Shown: positions 1 to 15,660, numbered from the stretch's first letter. The stretch: DNA of 64,000 nucleotides from the human T2T-CHM13v2.0 reference genome, Homo sapiens (GCF_009914755.1 NC_060934.1), one strand, 5' to 3'. Notes: generated from the sequence alone by a model not told the origin. A program made the numbers and translations.

Positions 1-1991
1 AGGTGGGAATTCTGGGAGATACAATTCAAGTGAGATTTGGGTGGGGACACAGCCAAACCATATCATTCCATCCCTGGCCCCTCCAAACCTCATGTCCTCA
101 CATTTCAAAACCAGTTATGCCTTCCCAACAGTCTCCCAAAGTCTTAACTCATTGCAGCATTAACCCAAAAGTCCACAGTCCAGTCTTATCTGAGACAAGG
201 CAAGTCCCTTTCATGTATGAGCCTGTAAAATCAAAAGCAAGCTAGTTACTTCCTGGATACAATGGAGGTACAGGTATTGGGTAAATACAGCCGTTCCAAA
301 TGGGAGAAATTGGCCAAAACAAAGGGGTTACAGGGCCGATGCAAGTCCGAAATCCAGCGGGGCAGTCAAATTTTAAAGCTCCAAAATGATCTCCTTTGAC
401 TCCTGGTCTCACATCTAGGTCACACTGTTGCAAGAGGTGTGCTCCCACGATCTTGGGCAGCTCCGCCCCTGCGGTTCTGCATGGTACAGCCTCCCTCTCG
501 GCTGCTTTCATGGGCTGGCATTGAGTGTCTGCGGCTTTTCCAGGCACACAGTGCAAGCTGTTGGTGAATCTGCCATTCTGAGGACTGGAGGATGGTGGCC
601 CTCTTCTCACAGCTACACTAGGCATTGCCCCAATAGAGACTCTGTGTGGGGGCTCTGACCCCACATTACCCTTCTGCACTGCCCTAGCAGAGATTCTCCA
701 TGAGGGCCCCACCCCTGCAGCAAACTTTTGCCTGGACATCGAGGCATTTTCATACATCTTCTGAAATCTGGGTGGAGGTTCCCAAACCTCAGTTCTTGTC
801 TTCTGTGCACCTGAAGGCTCAACACCACTGGCAGCTGCCAAGTCTTGGGGCTTCCACCCTCTGAAGCCACAGCCCGAGCTGTATGTTGGCCCCTTTTAGC
901 CACGGCTGGAGTGGCTGGGATGCAGGTCACCAAGACCCTAGGCTGCACACATCATGGGGACCCTGGGCCTGGCCCATGAAACCAGTTTTTCTTCCTGGGC
1001 CTCTGGGCCTGTGGTGGGAGGTGTTGCCATGAAGGTCTCTGATGTGGCCTGGAGACATTTTCCACATGGTCTTGGGGATTAACAACAGGCTCCTTGCTAC
1101 TTACCCAGATTTCTGCAGCTGACTTGAGTTTCTCCCCAGAAAATAGGTTTTGCTTCTCTATCACATATTCAGGCTTCAAATTTTCCAAGCTTTTATGCTC
1201 TGCTTCCCTTAGAAAACTGAATGCCTTTAACAGTACTGAAGTCACTTCTTGAATGTTTTGCTGTTTAGAAATTCCTTCCACCAGATACCCTAAATCATCT
1301 CTCAAGTTCAAAGTTCCACACATCTCTAGGGCACGGGCAAAATGCTGCCAGTCTCTTTGCTAAAACATAACAAGGGTCACCTTCGCTCCAGTTCCCAACA
1401 AGTTCCTCATCTCTATCTGAGACCACCTCAGCCTGGATTTTACTGTCTGTATTGCTGTTGGCATTTTGGGCAAAGCCATTCAGCAAGTCTCCAGGAAGTT
1501 CCAAACTTTCCCACATTTTCCTGTCGTCTTCTCATCCCTTCAAACTGTTCCAACCTCTGCCTGTTATGCAGTTCCAAAGTCTCTTCCACATATTCGGGTA
1601 TCTTTTCAGCAATACCCCACTCCTGGTACCAATTTACCGTATTAGTTCATTTTCACACTGCCAGTAAAGACATACCTGAGACTGGGAAGAAAAAGAGGTT
1701 TAATTGGACTTACAGTTCCACATCACTGGGGAGGCCCCAGAATCATGACAGGAGACAAAAGGCACTTCTTACATGGCAGTGGCAAGAGAAAATGAGAAGG
1801 AAGCAAAAGCAGAAACCCCTGATAAACCCATCAGATCTCATGAGACTTATTCACTATCACGAGAATAGCATGGGAAAGACTGGCCCCCATAATTCAATTA
1901 CCTCCCCCTGGGTCCCTCCCACAACACATGGGAATTCTGGGAGATACAATTCAAGTTGAGATTTGGGTGGGGACACAGCCAAACCACATCA
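1..1991 (-). mobile_element. THE1 (THE1C-like) MaLR provirus: partial LTR 1-65, internal region 66-1637, LTR 1638-1991
   Basis: Both LTR copies end in ...gagatttgggtggggacacagccaaaccaYatca, the reverse complement of the THE1 start. Minus-strand ORFs 242-841 and 952-1323 are MaLR-int ORF remnants. Confidence 0.9.
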
Positions 1992-3860
<1,869 letters not shown>

Positions 3861-4899
3861 ACGTTCTCTCTCAGAGGTCCTTTCTTTCCTTTTGTGTCTA
3901 GAAAGGCTGTTTTTCTACCACGATGACAGCAATTTGCTTATTTTCTCTCCTGATTCCTTTGTGGTTTCAAGTCTTATGTTCATATCTTCTGAATCTATCT
4001 GGAGTTTAGTTTCTTTGTGGAATAAAGAAAGGATCTAATATAGCATTTTAAAAGTAAATATTTAACTAGTCCTAGTATTGCTTGTCAATTAATGCCTCTT
4101 CCCTCAACAGTGTGAAATGCCTCAATCTCTCCTGCTGACGTCTCTGCCTTCCGAAGCTACAAAGGGGAAGAGTTGGGCCTTCTGGGCGGCTGTGGGCCAG
4201 GCTGCCTCTGGCATCTTGGTCTCTCATGTGGGTATTCTCTATTAGGGGCTGTATAGCAAACACGCTAAAGATCATCTCAGTTTTTTAGTACTTCTCACTA
4301 AAATGGAATCATTTTATAAGGTCTGTTTCTCCCTTCCCTTCAGAATATGCACTATAGAAAATTACAGATCACTCCAGCTCCCACTACCCAGAAAGAACGC
4401 TTGTCCACGTGGAATAAACGTCATCCCAGTCTGCAGAGCTCCAGCAAGGAGGACAGGCTGTGCTTCACCAGTTAAATTTAATCCTGCTCAAATTGTCAGG
4501 AGAAACAGACACTGAAGTGAAACTCAAGGAACTTCTGAATTTGAGATAAATATTTATTGGTGCAAGAGATAAAGCTCTACAATTCCTCTAAGGATAAGAA
4601 AACTTTTCTAAACTTGAAGAATGTAGCGTTTAAGAATACATTTTAATTTTAGAGCACGTTTATGAATGCTCTGGTTTGGAAGGTATCATGATTCTTAGGC
4701 AGCCTCTCAGCTCCTGGGCCCCACTTGCTGATTTAATAGATTCTATTACTTGTGTTTTGTTAGTTTGTAACAGAGACACTCTGTTCCACCTTTCCCTGCC
4801 TCCGTTTTCAGCCCTTGGTTCTGTACTGTGTGGACATGGTGTGGGTCACTGTGGTCTTTCCTTTCTGACTTCTGGGCTCTGCTGCATCACCTGAGTTCT

Positions 4900-5383
4900 G
4901 CCCTGCGCCGTCAGGGTCCCCTCTCCGTCCAGCCCTGCGCCGTCAAGGTCCCCTCTCCGTCCCGCCCTGCGCCGTCAGGGTCCCCTCTCCGTCCCGCCCT
5001 GTGCCGTCAGGGTCCCCTCTCTGTCCCGCCCTGTGCCGTCAGGGTCCCCTCTCTGTCCCGCCCTGTGCCGTCAGGGTCCCCTCTCTGTCCCGCCCTGTGC
5101 TGTCAGGGTCCCCTCTCCGGCGCACCCTGTGCTCCTGTGCTGTCAGGGTCCCCTCTCCATCCTGCCCTGCACCGTCAGGGTCCCCTCTCTGGCGTACCCT
5201 GTGCTGTCAGGGTCCCCTCTCCATCCTGCCCTATGCTGTCACGGTCCCCTCTCCATCCTGCCCTGTGCCGTCAGGGTCCCCTCTCCATCCTGCCCTGTGC
5301 TGTCAGGGTCCCCTCTCTGGCGCGCCCTGTGCCATCAGGGTCCCCTCTCCATCCTGCCCTGTGCTGTCAGGGTCCCCTCTCTG
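4900..5383. repeat. Minisatellite, 32 bp unit, about 15 copies
   Basis: Unit gccctgtgccgtcagggtcccctctcYRtccY repeated in tandem. Confidence 0.93.
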
Positions 5384-6095
5384 ACGCTTGCCCTGCAAAC
5401 ATCCTCCTTTCCCGTGACTGCTACGCTCAGGAGCGAGGATGCAGTCAGACCCTGTTTTGTTGCCTCTGGAGCATCCTTCTCTTCCTCTTCCCCCCGTTTG
5501 TTATTTGGTGAGGTTTGGGGGGAAAGGGGTGTCTTAATCTTCCTTATGGTGTGTTTGCCCAGAGCTCAATAGTAGTTGAAAAGGTTTTCTTGTCATATCA
5601 ATTCCTCAAGCTATGCTACTTGCACACTGTGGTCTGTGGGGCTGCATAGTGAAATGTCCTTTTCCTGGATGGAGGGAAGACAGAGAAGGAACATGATGCA
5701 GCCTCACTGCTCAGGATGGAAAAACGCTGGGATTAGGGGTCACCTATTGGTCTGGGGAAGCTCAGTGACCCAGGGAAAATTGAACTGATGGAGAAGACAG
5801 TATTTGATCAGACCTGTGAGCAGTGAAGGCATGGGGGCTGTTGCCAGTCTGCAAAGAGAGAGTGCAAAGGCCCTGGGGCCAGAGGACCAAATGTCTGAGA
5901 CTCAGAGCAAAGCAGGTGGAGCGGAGGGCAGGGAGGCCACGGGCTCAGGGCCTGGTGGCTGTGCAGACCTGGAAGGCCTTTGCTGTTTATCCTGAGAGAG
6001 CAGGAGGGCCCTGGAGGGTGGATCCACTTGTGTTTTCTGAGAATCACCCTGGCTGCCTGTGGAGTGTAGACTGGAAGCAGGTAAGGACAGAGCAG

Positions 6096-6536
6096 GGAGA
6101 TCCCTGAGGAGGGAGTGGGAAGGGACTGGGGATGGGGAAGAAGTGGATCCCCCAGGAGGGAGTGGGGAAGGGGCTGGGGATGGGGAAGAAGTGGATCCCC
6201 CAGGAGGGAGTGGGGGAGGGGCTGGGGATGGGGAAGAAGTGGATCCCCCAGGAGGGAGTGGGGGAGGGGCTGGGGATGGGGAGTGGGTGGATCCCCCAGG
6301 AGTGAGGGGGAAGCAGCTGGGGATGGGGAGGGGATGGGGAGGGCATTGATCCCCCAGGAGTGAGGGGGAAGCGGCTGGGGGATGGGGAAGGGACAGGGAG
6401 GGAGTGGATCCCCAGGAGGGATGGGAAAGGGGCTGGGGATGGGGAGGGGATGGGGAGGGTGTGGATCCCTTGGAGGGATGGGGAAGGGGCTGGGGATGGG
6501 GAGGGGACAGGGAGGGCGTGGATCCCCTGGGGGATG
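6096..6536. repeat. G-rich minisatellite, 48 bp units grading into about 59 bp units
   Basis: ggatcc recurs at 6145, 6193, 6241 and 6289; several G4-G5 runs per unit. Confidence 0.9.
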
Positions 6537-7227
6537 TCCTGGAAGTGACACAGTGGCACTGAGGCCAAGGGAGGCTGGTGGGATGGTGGGATGGTGGGAT
6601 GGGGCCCAGGAGGCCCTGGGAGCTTCCAAGCTGGGGTCAGCCAGGCAGACGCAGCAGCGCCACGCGGGCCAGAAAGTGGCCCCTGGGCAGGGCCCCATGG
6701 TCACCGTGGCCGTCACAGTGGCCCCGACTAGTGTTGGGGTGTGTGCCAAAGGCAAGAACTGAAGGCCTTGAGGGCCTTGTCTTTTTTTCACGTTTCTTCT
6801 CTTCCTTCTTTGGAGTGTTTTTGCTCTCATCTTTCATTTAGACTTTTGGTCTAATTATTTCACAGCCTTTGAGTGCCTCCTCATAAACAGTCAGCAAACA
6901 CGGATGTCTTTGTTTAGAGCACCGTGTTAGGACTGTCTGGGCTTATTAACCTTAGTGGATCCACAGTCAATGTTGGGGGAAGTCATATCCACGGTTTAAA
7001 TGAGGTCATGACCCATGAATTGGGCTGGAGCGCGTGTTACTGGGGCGAGGTGCACACAGTGAACGGTGTGTCCAGGTGTCCGCTGTCACATTTGTGCGTT
7101 TGGTGTTTAGGGTGGCTCCTGGGCAGGGCTGCTGGGCACGCAGCTGCAGCTGGATGTGGGGCTGGGACCCTCGATGGGGACTTGCTGGTAGGAGCTGGGG
7201 CCAAGGGAGGCTGTCCACGTGGGCTGA

Positions 7228-7380
7228 GGGTCCTCAGTGGCGGGACAGCGGCGTGGGTCAGTCGCCTCCCCTCCTGCCGGGTCCTCAGTGGCGGGACAGC
7301 GGCGTGGGTCAGTCGCCTCCCCTCCTGCCGGGTCCTCAGTGGCGGGACAGTGGCGTGGGCTGATGGCCTCCCCTCCTGCT
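7228..7380. repeat. Tandem repeat, 51 bp x3
   Basis: gggtcctcagtggcgggacag starts at 7228, 7279 and 7330. Confidence 0.92.
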
Positions 7381-7819
7381 GGGGCGGTTGCGTGCGTCCC
7401 ACGAGGAGGTCCCTGGACCCAGAGGGCAGGGCATGGGGGTGCTCAGAGCCGCAGTGGGCGATTCTCTCCCTTCGCGTGTGTGTGTGCTGGGGTTGTGTGT
7501 CCTTGAAGCCTGGAGCCAGGGTGTTCTCGGCTCGGTCCTGTGATCTGTGAAGCTCTTGTTTCTTGTCAGGTTTTTTATTTTTCATTAATTTATCTAAAAT
7601 TCAGTCTTCCTGCTTTTTAGGGTTCTTAGACCCGTCAGCAAGTGAACGGAGGAGCGCGCCTGGTGTGTGGCCAGCCTTGCGATGCTGTTGTGTTTGCGTG
7701 GGCGCGGAGTCTGGGCCCAGCTGCACTGGCGGCCTGCACGCCTTGGCCCCATGCCCACGGCCACGGAGGCTGAGACCAGGGCAGGGGCTTTAGTCCCGAT
7801 GGGAGCGGGGGCAGGGCCT

Positions 7820-7990
7820 TGTTTATTGTTTTTAATCGCGGCAAAAACCCACAACATTAAATTTACCACCTTAACCGTTTCCGAGTGTGCAGTTCCTTAG
7901 TGCTAAGTACATTCACGTTGTTGCACGGATCTCTAGAACTTGTTCTCTCGCAAAATGGAAACTCTACCCTTTTAGATGCTGACTCTGTCC
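7820..7990 (-). mobile_element. L1MA/L1MB-type 3' end fragment
   Basis: aaatttaccaccttaacc...gctaagtacattcacgttgttgca...gaaactct resembles the antisense L1M 3' terminus. Confidence 0.7.
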
Positions 7991-8915
7991 CCTCACGGTG
8001 GGCGATGTTGGAGCTGGGGTGCTTCCTGAGCGTGGGCGGCTTGTGCTGAGTGCTCGCGCTCAGCCTCGTCCGCGGTGACCTCCCTCCTCTTGGGTTTGAA
8101 TGGCTGTGCTGCCCTTGGCCGGAGCTGGCACAGAGCCCAGGAGCAGCCAGGTGGCCTGGGGCTCAGCGGAGCGGTCAGGGTGGAGAGCGACTGGGCCGTC
8201 CCTTCTCCTGAAGCAGTGGCATTTTCAGGCTTGCGCTTAGCTCCTCCGATTCTGTCCAGGAGCTTCCTGGGGCCTGGGTCTCTGGCGGGGCTGGAGTTTC
8301 CTTGCGTGTGTGCACGTGTGTGCACGCCTGTGGCATGTGGTAGGTTTTCTGTTGATGGCTCTAGCAAGTGCTTTCTGAAGATTCTGACAGTTGTGACGGA
8401 CTCTATAAAAGCCCCTTGCTCTTCACCCCAAACACACAGAAATGCCATATGCGACCATGATGTTTTGTACTCCACAAAGCTCAGCTTTGTCTAGTGCCTG
8501 TGAAGGGGCTTTGGCTCAGGCAGGGGCGGGTGTGGAAAGGTGCCACCGTCTTGCTTGTTGAAGCTGGGTTACTGGCTGAGCCGTCTCTTCCCTGGGAGGC
8601 TGGAGGCTGGAGCAACACAGAGCCTTCCCCTCCTCGCCACCCGTGTGGGGGCTGCGCGACGCTGCCCGAGCTTTCCTGAGACAGAGTGCATCGTGCACCA
8701 TGTCCCTGGGACAGCACAGAGCGGAGCCCCCACACAGAGCGGGGTCCCCGCGTGGGCCTGGGGTTTCCCCGTGCGGGTGGAGCTCCTCCATGCGGGGTGG
8801 GCCCGGGCTGCGCCTCTGCTCCTGCCCCACGTTGTCTTCACAGGAGCTTGTCCTGGCTCTGTTTAGGGCTGTGCCATTGGTCTGACTGGCTTTTCTTTTT
8901 CTTCTTAATTTACAG

Positions 8916-8957
8916 CCAGAAAACCTGCAGAAGAACTGGCTTCGGGAATTTTACCAG
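8916..8957 (+). CDS. INPP5A: INPP5A coding exon (probably exon 2), 42 nt, PENLQKNWLREFYQ
   Basis: Polypyrimidine tract and tacag acceptor end at 8915; donor is CAG|gtaaga. The 14 codons match the recalled INPP5A N-terminus (..SLFDD-PENLQKNWLREFYQ-VVHTHK..). Phase 0/0. Confidence 0.96.
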
Positions 8958-10187
8958 GTAAGAACCACTGAAACGTGTTCTTTTGGATTCATTACTTAGC
9001 CAATAAGGTGCCTTTTTGCTTTGGCATTCCTCCATGGAGTCTGGTGTGTCTATGGGGAGCGCAGGCCTGGGCTGTGGCTGGGTCTCTCGGCTCCGCTGCC
9101 TGTGCTGGGCAACATGTTTCTGTGTCACAGTCGGTCCACTGCCCGCCTGCCGGTGAGCCTGGCCAGATCCTCCTCGGGCTCACTGTTCACATTCCGGCTC
9201 CCTCCCCGCTCCCCGCGGGGTTCAGAGAATCAGAGAACCTGGGGGCTCCCTCCAGGGCTGGGTGAGCATCCCCAGTGGGGCCGTGGAGAGCTGGCAGCGA
9301 GGCTGGGTGTGCTCCTCACCAGGTCCGGTCCGTGCAGCGCACTCTGTGCAGAGAGTGGGTGCTGGGCTGGGGGAGGCGACCGGTTGGAGGGTTTCGGGCT
9401 GGCACTGCCAGGCCGAGGCACGGACCCCCCTGTCTAATATGGGGCCGGTGTTTATGGAGCCCGGTACTGTGCTGTGCTCTGGTGTGGACGCTGCAGATGC
9501 CACTGTGAAGAGACAGGCTGGTGCCCTCGCAGGTCTTCATGGAAGGAGCCACCTGGGGCCTGTGGCCGAGCATGTGTGCCTGTGGGGTGGCGCCAGAGGC
9601 CTCTCTGAGGACTGGGTGCATGGGGGAGGCCAGGCAGGCGAGGAGGGCAACGTGGCCATGGGCATGACGGTGGCCAGGCTCGGCTCCAGGGGCTGGTGGT
9701 GAGGTCAGCTTCAGGATGGGGTGGCCTGGACGGTGGAGCTGCTCACATGCTCAGACCCACGCAAGGGCTGAGCCCGGGACTGAAATCCTGTTTCAGGTGT
9801 GTTTGGCTGCTGATTGGAGATGGGCTGGGGAGGCCAGAGTGGAGGCCCAGGGGCCCTCTGTGAGGGCATGGGGGTGTGGGACCTGGGGGGTGGCCCGACC
9901 TGGGCCTGAGGTGCTGGGCCAGAGGTGGAGCTGGGACAGCCAGGAGGGCTGGGGACCTCTGTGCCCTCGGGCCTGTGTCCTGCCTGCCAGTGCTCCCATG
10001 TGGTGAGGCTCCCAGCATGCAATGGTGCTCTGTAGCCGGCATCCAAGTCCCCCCATAGGGACAACGGCGTGTGTGTGCACGTGTGTGCGCATGTGTGTGC
10101 TTAGCACCTATGTGGTGAGGAAGCCATTGTTCTACAGGGACCTGATAAATCTCTCTCCGTAGAGTCTTTGGTCAGATGTGCAAATGA

Positions 10188-10985
<798 letters not shown>

Positions 10986-11964
10986 TAAATTTTGTCCCAA
11001 TCAAGCCAGCGGCAGCCCCGCAGGAGCAGAGTTTTAGGAGACGTTTACAGTGGCTGGGCCTGACCCGCAGTTCCTGATGGTACAGTGCAGCCATGGCGGA
11101 CACCGAGGTCCCGGCAACAGCTCCCAACAAACCCTGGGCTTCCTCACACCAGGCAGTGGCCAGGCTCTACCTGGGGCTCCAAAGGCCTCTTCTGCCTCAT
11201 GGAGGGGCACGTGAGCCCCACCTGTGAGGGACCGGAAAGGTCGATGTGGAGGAAGCCCCTGTCCCCACGCTCCAGCCCCTGGCAATTGTTTCCCTGTGTG
11301 CGTGGCCCCCCGAATCCTGGGTCCCCTCTGCCCCTGCAGCTCTGTGGAGCCCAGTGATGGGGGTGGGGGGTGGGGGGCGGTTCGTGAACAGGAAGTAGGG
11401 GTTGCCCCGGGCCTAGCTCCGGGCCTGCACACCTGGTGGGCTCTCTTCAGGCTGGACCATGTGCTGGACTTCCCAAGCGAGGTGCTGGCCCTGGGACATG
11501 TGACCTGAGCACAGAGAGCTGCAAAAAACCCAGAGGGCCTGCCAGTGGACGTTGGCGTGTGGCCCCAGCCAGCTCGCTGCAGGGCGCAGGTGTGGTGGGG
11601 AGACCTGGGGCTGCTCCAGGGTCTGCAGCCTATGCTGGCCAGCGTGGGGACCACCCAGTGCTGGGTCGGCTGGGCCCAGCCATCCACATCCCACTGATGC
11701 TCAGGCACCCACAGGCTGGGCCGTGGCAGCTTCTCTGCTCTGCTCCTCACCATCCAGACAGCTGCATCTGCTGCAGGGTTTGGAGCTGGTGTCTTTGCTC
11801 ACTAACTGAAGAAGCTCTTGTTCTCCAGGGTTTATGGTTGGGTTTGGGATGAGGATGTAGGCAGATCGCTTGGAGAACAGCTGAGGCCTGAACAGGAAAA
11901 AACATCTGGAAAGGGGTCTTTTGAGATTGGGACAAGGAGAGGTCAGCATCAGGAGGATCTCAGG

Positions 11965-13325
11965 AGATGAGGAGTGCAGGGGAGAGAGGCCCTGTCAGAG
12001 GAGGGGAGGGAGGTGACGTGGGCAGAGGAGAGGCCCTGTCAGAGGAGGATGAGGGAGGTGAGTTGGGCAGGGCAGAGGCCCTGTCAGAGGAGGATGTGGG
12101 GTGGGAGGTGAGGTGGGCAGGGGAGAGGCCCTGTCTGAGGATGGTGAGGGAGGTTAGGAGTTCATGGGAGAGGCCCTGTCAGGGGAGAGTGAGGGAGGTG
12201 AGGAGTTCATGGGAGAGGCCTGTCAGAGGAGGATGAGGGAGGTGAGGTGGGCAGGGGAGAGGCCCTGTCAGAGGAGGATGAGGGAGGTGAGGTGGGCAGG
12301 GGAGAGGCCCTGTCAGAGGAGAATGAGGGAGGTGAGGTGGGCAGGGCAGAGGCCCTATCAGAGGAGGGTGAGGGAGGTGAGGTGGGCAGAGGAGAGGCCT
12401 GTCAGAGGAGGGTGTGGGAGGTGAGGAGTTCATGGGAGAGGCCCTGTCTGAGGAGGGTGGAGGAAGTGAGGTGGGCATGGGAGAGGCCCTGTCCGGGGAG
12501 GGTGACGGAGGTGAGGTGGGAAGGGGCGAGGCCCTGTCAGGGGAGGGTGAGGGAGGTGAGGTGGGAAGGGGAGAGGCCCTGTCAGGGGAGGGTGAGGGAG
12601 GTGAGGTAGGCAGGGGAGAGGCCCTGTCAGGGGAGGGTGAGGGAGGTGAGGTGGGCAGGGGAGAGGCCCTGTCAGGGGAGGGTGAGGGAGGTGAGGTGGG
12701 CAGGGGAGAGGCCCTGTCCAGGGAGGGTGAGGGAGGTGAGGAGTTCATGGGAGAGGCCCTGTCAGAGGAGGGTGAGGGAGGTCAGGTGGGCAGGGGAAAG
12801 GCTCCATCAGAGGAGGGTGCGGGAGGTGAGGAGGGCAGGGGAGAGGCCCCGTCAGAGGAGGGTGTGGGAGGTGAAGTGGGCAGGGGAGAGGCCCCATCAG
12901 AGGAGGGTGTGGGAGGTGAGGGGGGCAGGGGAGAGGCCCTGTCAGAGGAGGGTGTGGGAGGTGAGGAGGGCAGGGGAGAGGCCCTGTCAGAGGAAGGTGT
13001 GGGAGGTGAGGAGGGTAGGGGAGAGGCCCTGTCAAGAGGAGGGTGTGGGAGGTGAGGTGGGCAGGGGAGAGGCCCTGTCAGAGAGGGGAGAGGGAAGTGA
13101 GGTGGGCAGGGGAGAGGCCCCATCAGAGGAGGGTGAGGGAGGTTATGAGTTCGTGGGAGAGGCCCTGTCAGAGAGGGGAGAGGCGCTGTCTGAAGAGGGT
13201 GGAGGAAGTGAGGTGGGCAGGGGAGAGGCCCTGTCGGGAGGGTGTGGGAGGTGAGGTGGGCAGGGGAGAGGCCTTGTCAGAGGAGGGTGAGGGAGGTGAG
13301 GAGTTCATGGGACAGCTCCTGTCAG
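11965..13325. repeat. Large purine/G-rich minisatellite, 45 bp unit, about 30 copies
   Basis: Unit ggggagaggccctgtcagaggagggtgagggaggtgaggtgggca; produces spurious 15-aa periodic ORFs. Confidence 0.95.
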
Positions 13326-13417
13326 ACAAGACCTGTGGTAGAGAAATGGTGTCTTATCACATGGTGAGCCTCTCTTTCCCATTTTCTGTCCTGTTGAGTT
13401 AGAATTGTGATGTTGTG

Positions 13418-13558
13418 TTTTGTGGGGTTTGGGGAGGCTGTGAAGGTGCCCTGTTTTGGGGGTTCGGGGAGGCTGTGCAGGTGCCCTGTTTTGGGGGTTC
13501 GGGGAGGCTGTGCAGGGGGCCTGTTTTGGGAGTTTGGGGAGGCTGTGCAGGGGGCCTG
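13418..13558. repeat. Tandem repeat, 35 bp x4
   Basis: ggggaggctgtg at 13431, 13466, 13501 and 13536. Confidence 0.9.
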
Positions 13559-14252
13559 GCACTCCTAGGGCTGCTCCAAGCTGGCTGATGGTGGTTTGGG
13601 CTGAGGCCCGGTTCCCCTGCTGGTTTTGCTGATCTGGGACAGTGGCGCTGGCTGGAGGGGCCCTTGCCCCTTGCCTGGCCGTGTGCGTGGCCCTCGGCTG
13701 TGAGGGGCTGGGCTGTGGCTGGAGCCCATGTCCGCTCTCTAGGCTTCCTGGTTTGTGTTACATTTTGGCAGCAACAGCTGTGTGTTAAGCTCAAGCTTTT
13801 GTTTGTTTTCTTTTAAGATGGAGGCCTTGGGGCAGTGGGGTGGGGGTTGGAATTCTTTTTGGGTTTTGGGCGCATCCAGGAGGGGCCGGCAGTGGGGATG
13901 GGTCCTGGCTGCTCTGTCCCATGGAGCAGGGACAGTTCCCGCGCATTCGGGTCTCTGCAGCCTGTTCAGTGTGGGACCGTCTGCACCAGAGGCCATGGGG
14001 GAGGGCAGTCTTGGGGAGCAGGCGGCAAGACCCCAACTTGACAGACCTCAGATCCAAGGCTCAGGCCGCCCAGAATCCCCACGTACATGTCCCATTTCTT
14101 TCATTTCTTTCCCTTTTACCTTTTTTTCTTTTACTTATGGCTTAAACAGTTACTGTGAGCGTTGATAGTAGAGTTCGCCAGTGGTGCTGGAAGTGAGTTC
14201 TGAGCGAGGTGGTTCCTCCTGTGACCTGCAGCCCCTGGAACGCCACGGCCCA

Positions 14253-14338
14253 CAGGACCCCCTCCTTCCCGAGTCCCCCCGCAGGGCCCCCTCCTTCCCG
14301 AGTCCCCCCGCAGGGCCCCCTCCTTCCCGAGTCCCCCA
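14253..14338. repeat. Tandem repeat, 29 bp x3
   Basis: cccctccttcccgagtcccccc repeated three times. Confidence 0.88.
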
Positions 14339-15185
14339 CTGAACAGAGGCCCTGCTGGGCGGTTTGTGGGACCTGACAGAAAGGTGGGCAGGGCTCTTGG
14401 AGGTGGACAGCAGCACCTGGCGTCCTTTCTGGAGACTCAGCCTTTATGAAAGACAGTAGAGTCATTTGTAAAGAAAAATAATGAATGATGGTTTGCTCTG
14501 TGCAGTGTGTCATTTTTCCTGGTTGCAAAACCAAATTTTCTTGGTTTTCTTGGAAAAACCTCTTCAGAAGGAAGAAATTTCAGTGACACTTAGAACAGAG
14601 AATTCTCAAAAGTGAGATTTCAGCGCCAATCCCCACTCTCGATTTCAATGCCAATCCCCACTCTCATGCTTGTTTTAGCCTGACTTTGTTTCTTAGGCTA
14701 TCAGCCAGTTCAGCGGCTGCACTGAGGGGCCTCGGGCTGGTGGGTTTCTGGCAGTGAGTGGGCCTCGCCAGGGCTGGATCAGACACCTGGTGGTCTCCAT
14801 GACCAGAGCCCACTGTGCCAGCAGCTCAAGGGCAAGGGGTGGATGAGATGCCTCGACACTGGGCCTCTGACTGTTTCGGGTGTTTTTAAATCCTAGAGTT
14901 TCCATTATACAATTATTTTTCAAAATAGCCTTGAAGAAGTGGCTTTTATATAGGGAAGAACTAAATATGATCTTCATGGTCTTTTAGAAACCCTTTCTGT
15001 AAAACTTGATCCCTGTAGAGAGTGCAGGAGACAGCGCAGAAAAGCCTGTGTGTGCCTCCATCGCCAGTCGTGAGCACCCTCGACGCCTTTGGGACCCACG
15101 GCTTTCGAAGATTAGGTCCAGAACTCAGCCTGGCACTGGAGAGCTTGGCACGCCTTCCCAAGTCTTGAGTCCCCAGGCAGAGCCT

Positions 15186-15506
<321 letters not shown>

Positions 15507-15660
15507 TCACCCTGTGCTGGCCTCCTCAGCTGTCCTGTCCACCCGTCCAGGTTCCGTCCTCTCTCCTGAGAATCAGACTCACAGACTCATCACCAGGGGT
15601 TCCAGAATCTTCTCTATGTCAGGAGGGGCTCAGGCCCCAAACACAGGAGCCAGCCCCCGC

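Noticed and set aside
242-1959. ORFs of about 200 aa at the window start
   Set aside because: Fragmented MaLR internal ORF and LTR read-through; not a host gene.
4828-6830. ORFs of 127-340 aa
   Set aside because: Translations of the 32 bp and 48 bp minisatellites.
12164-13402. Long Glu/Gly-rich or Pro/Ser-rich ORFs (up to 213 aa)
   Set aside because: Products of the 45 bp VNTR, open in several frames on both strands; no supporting gene structure.
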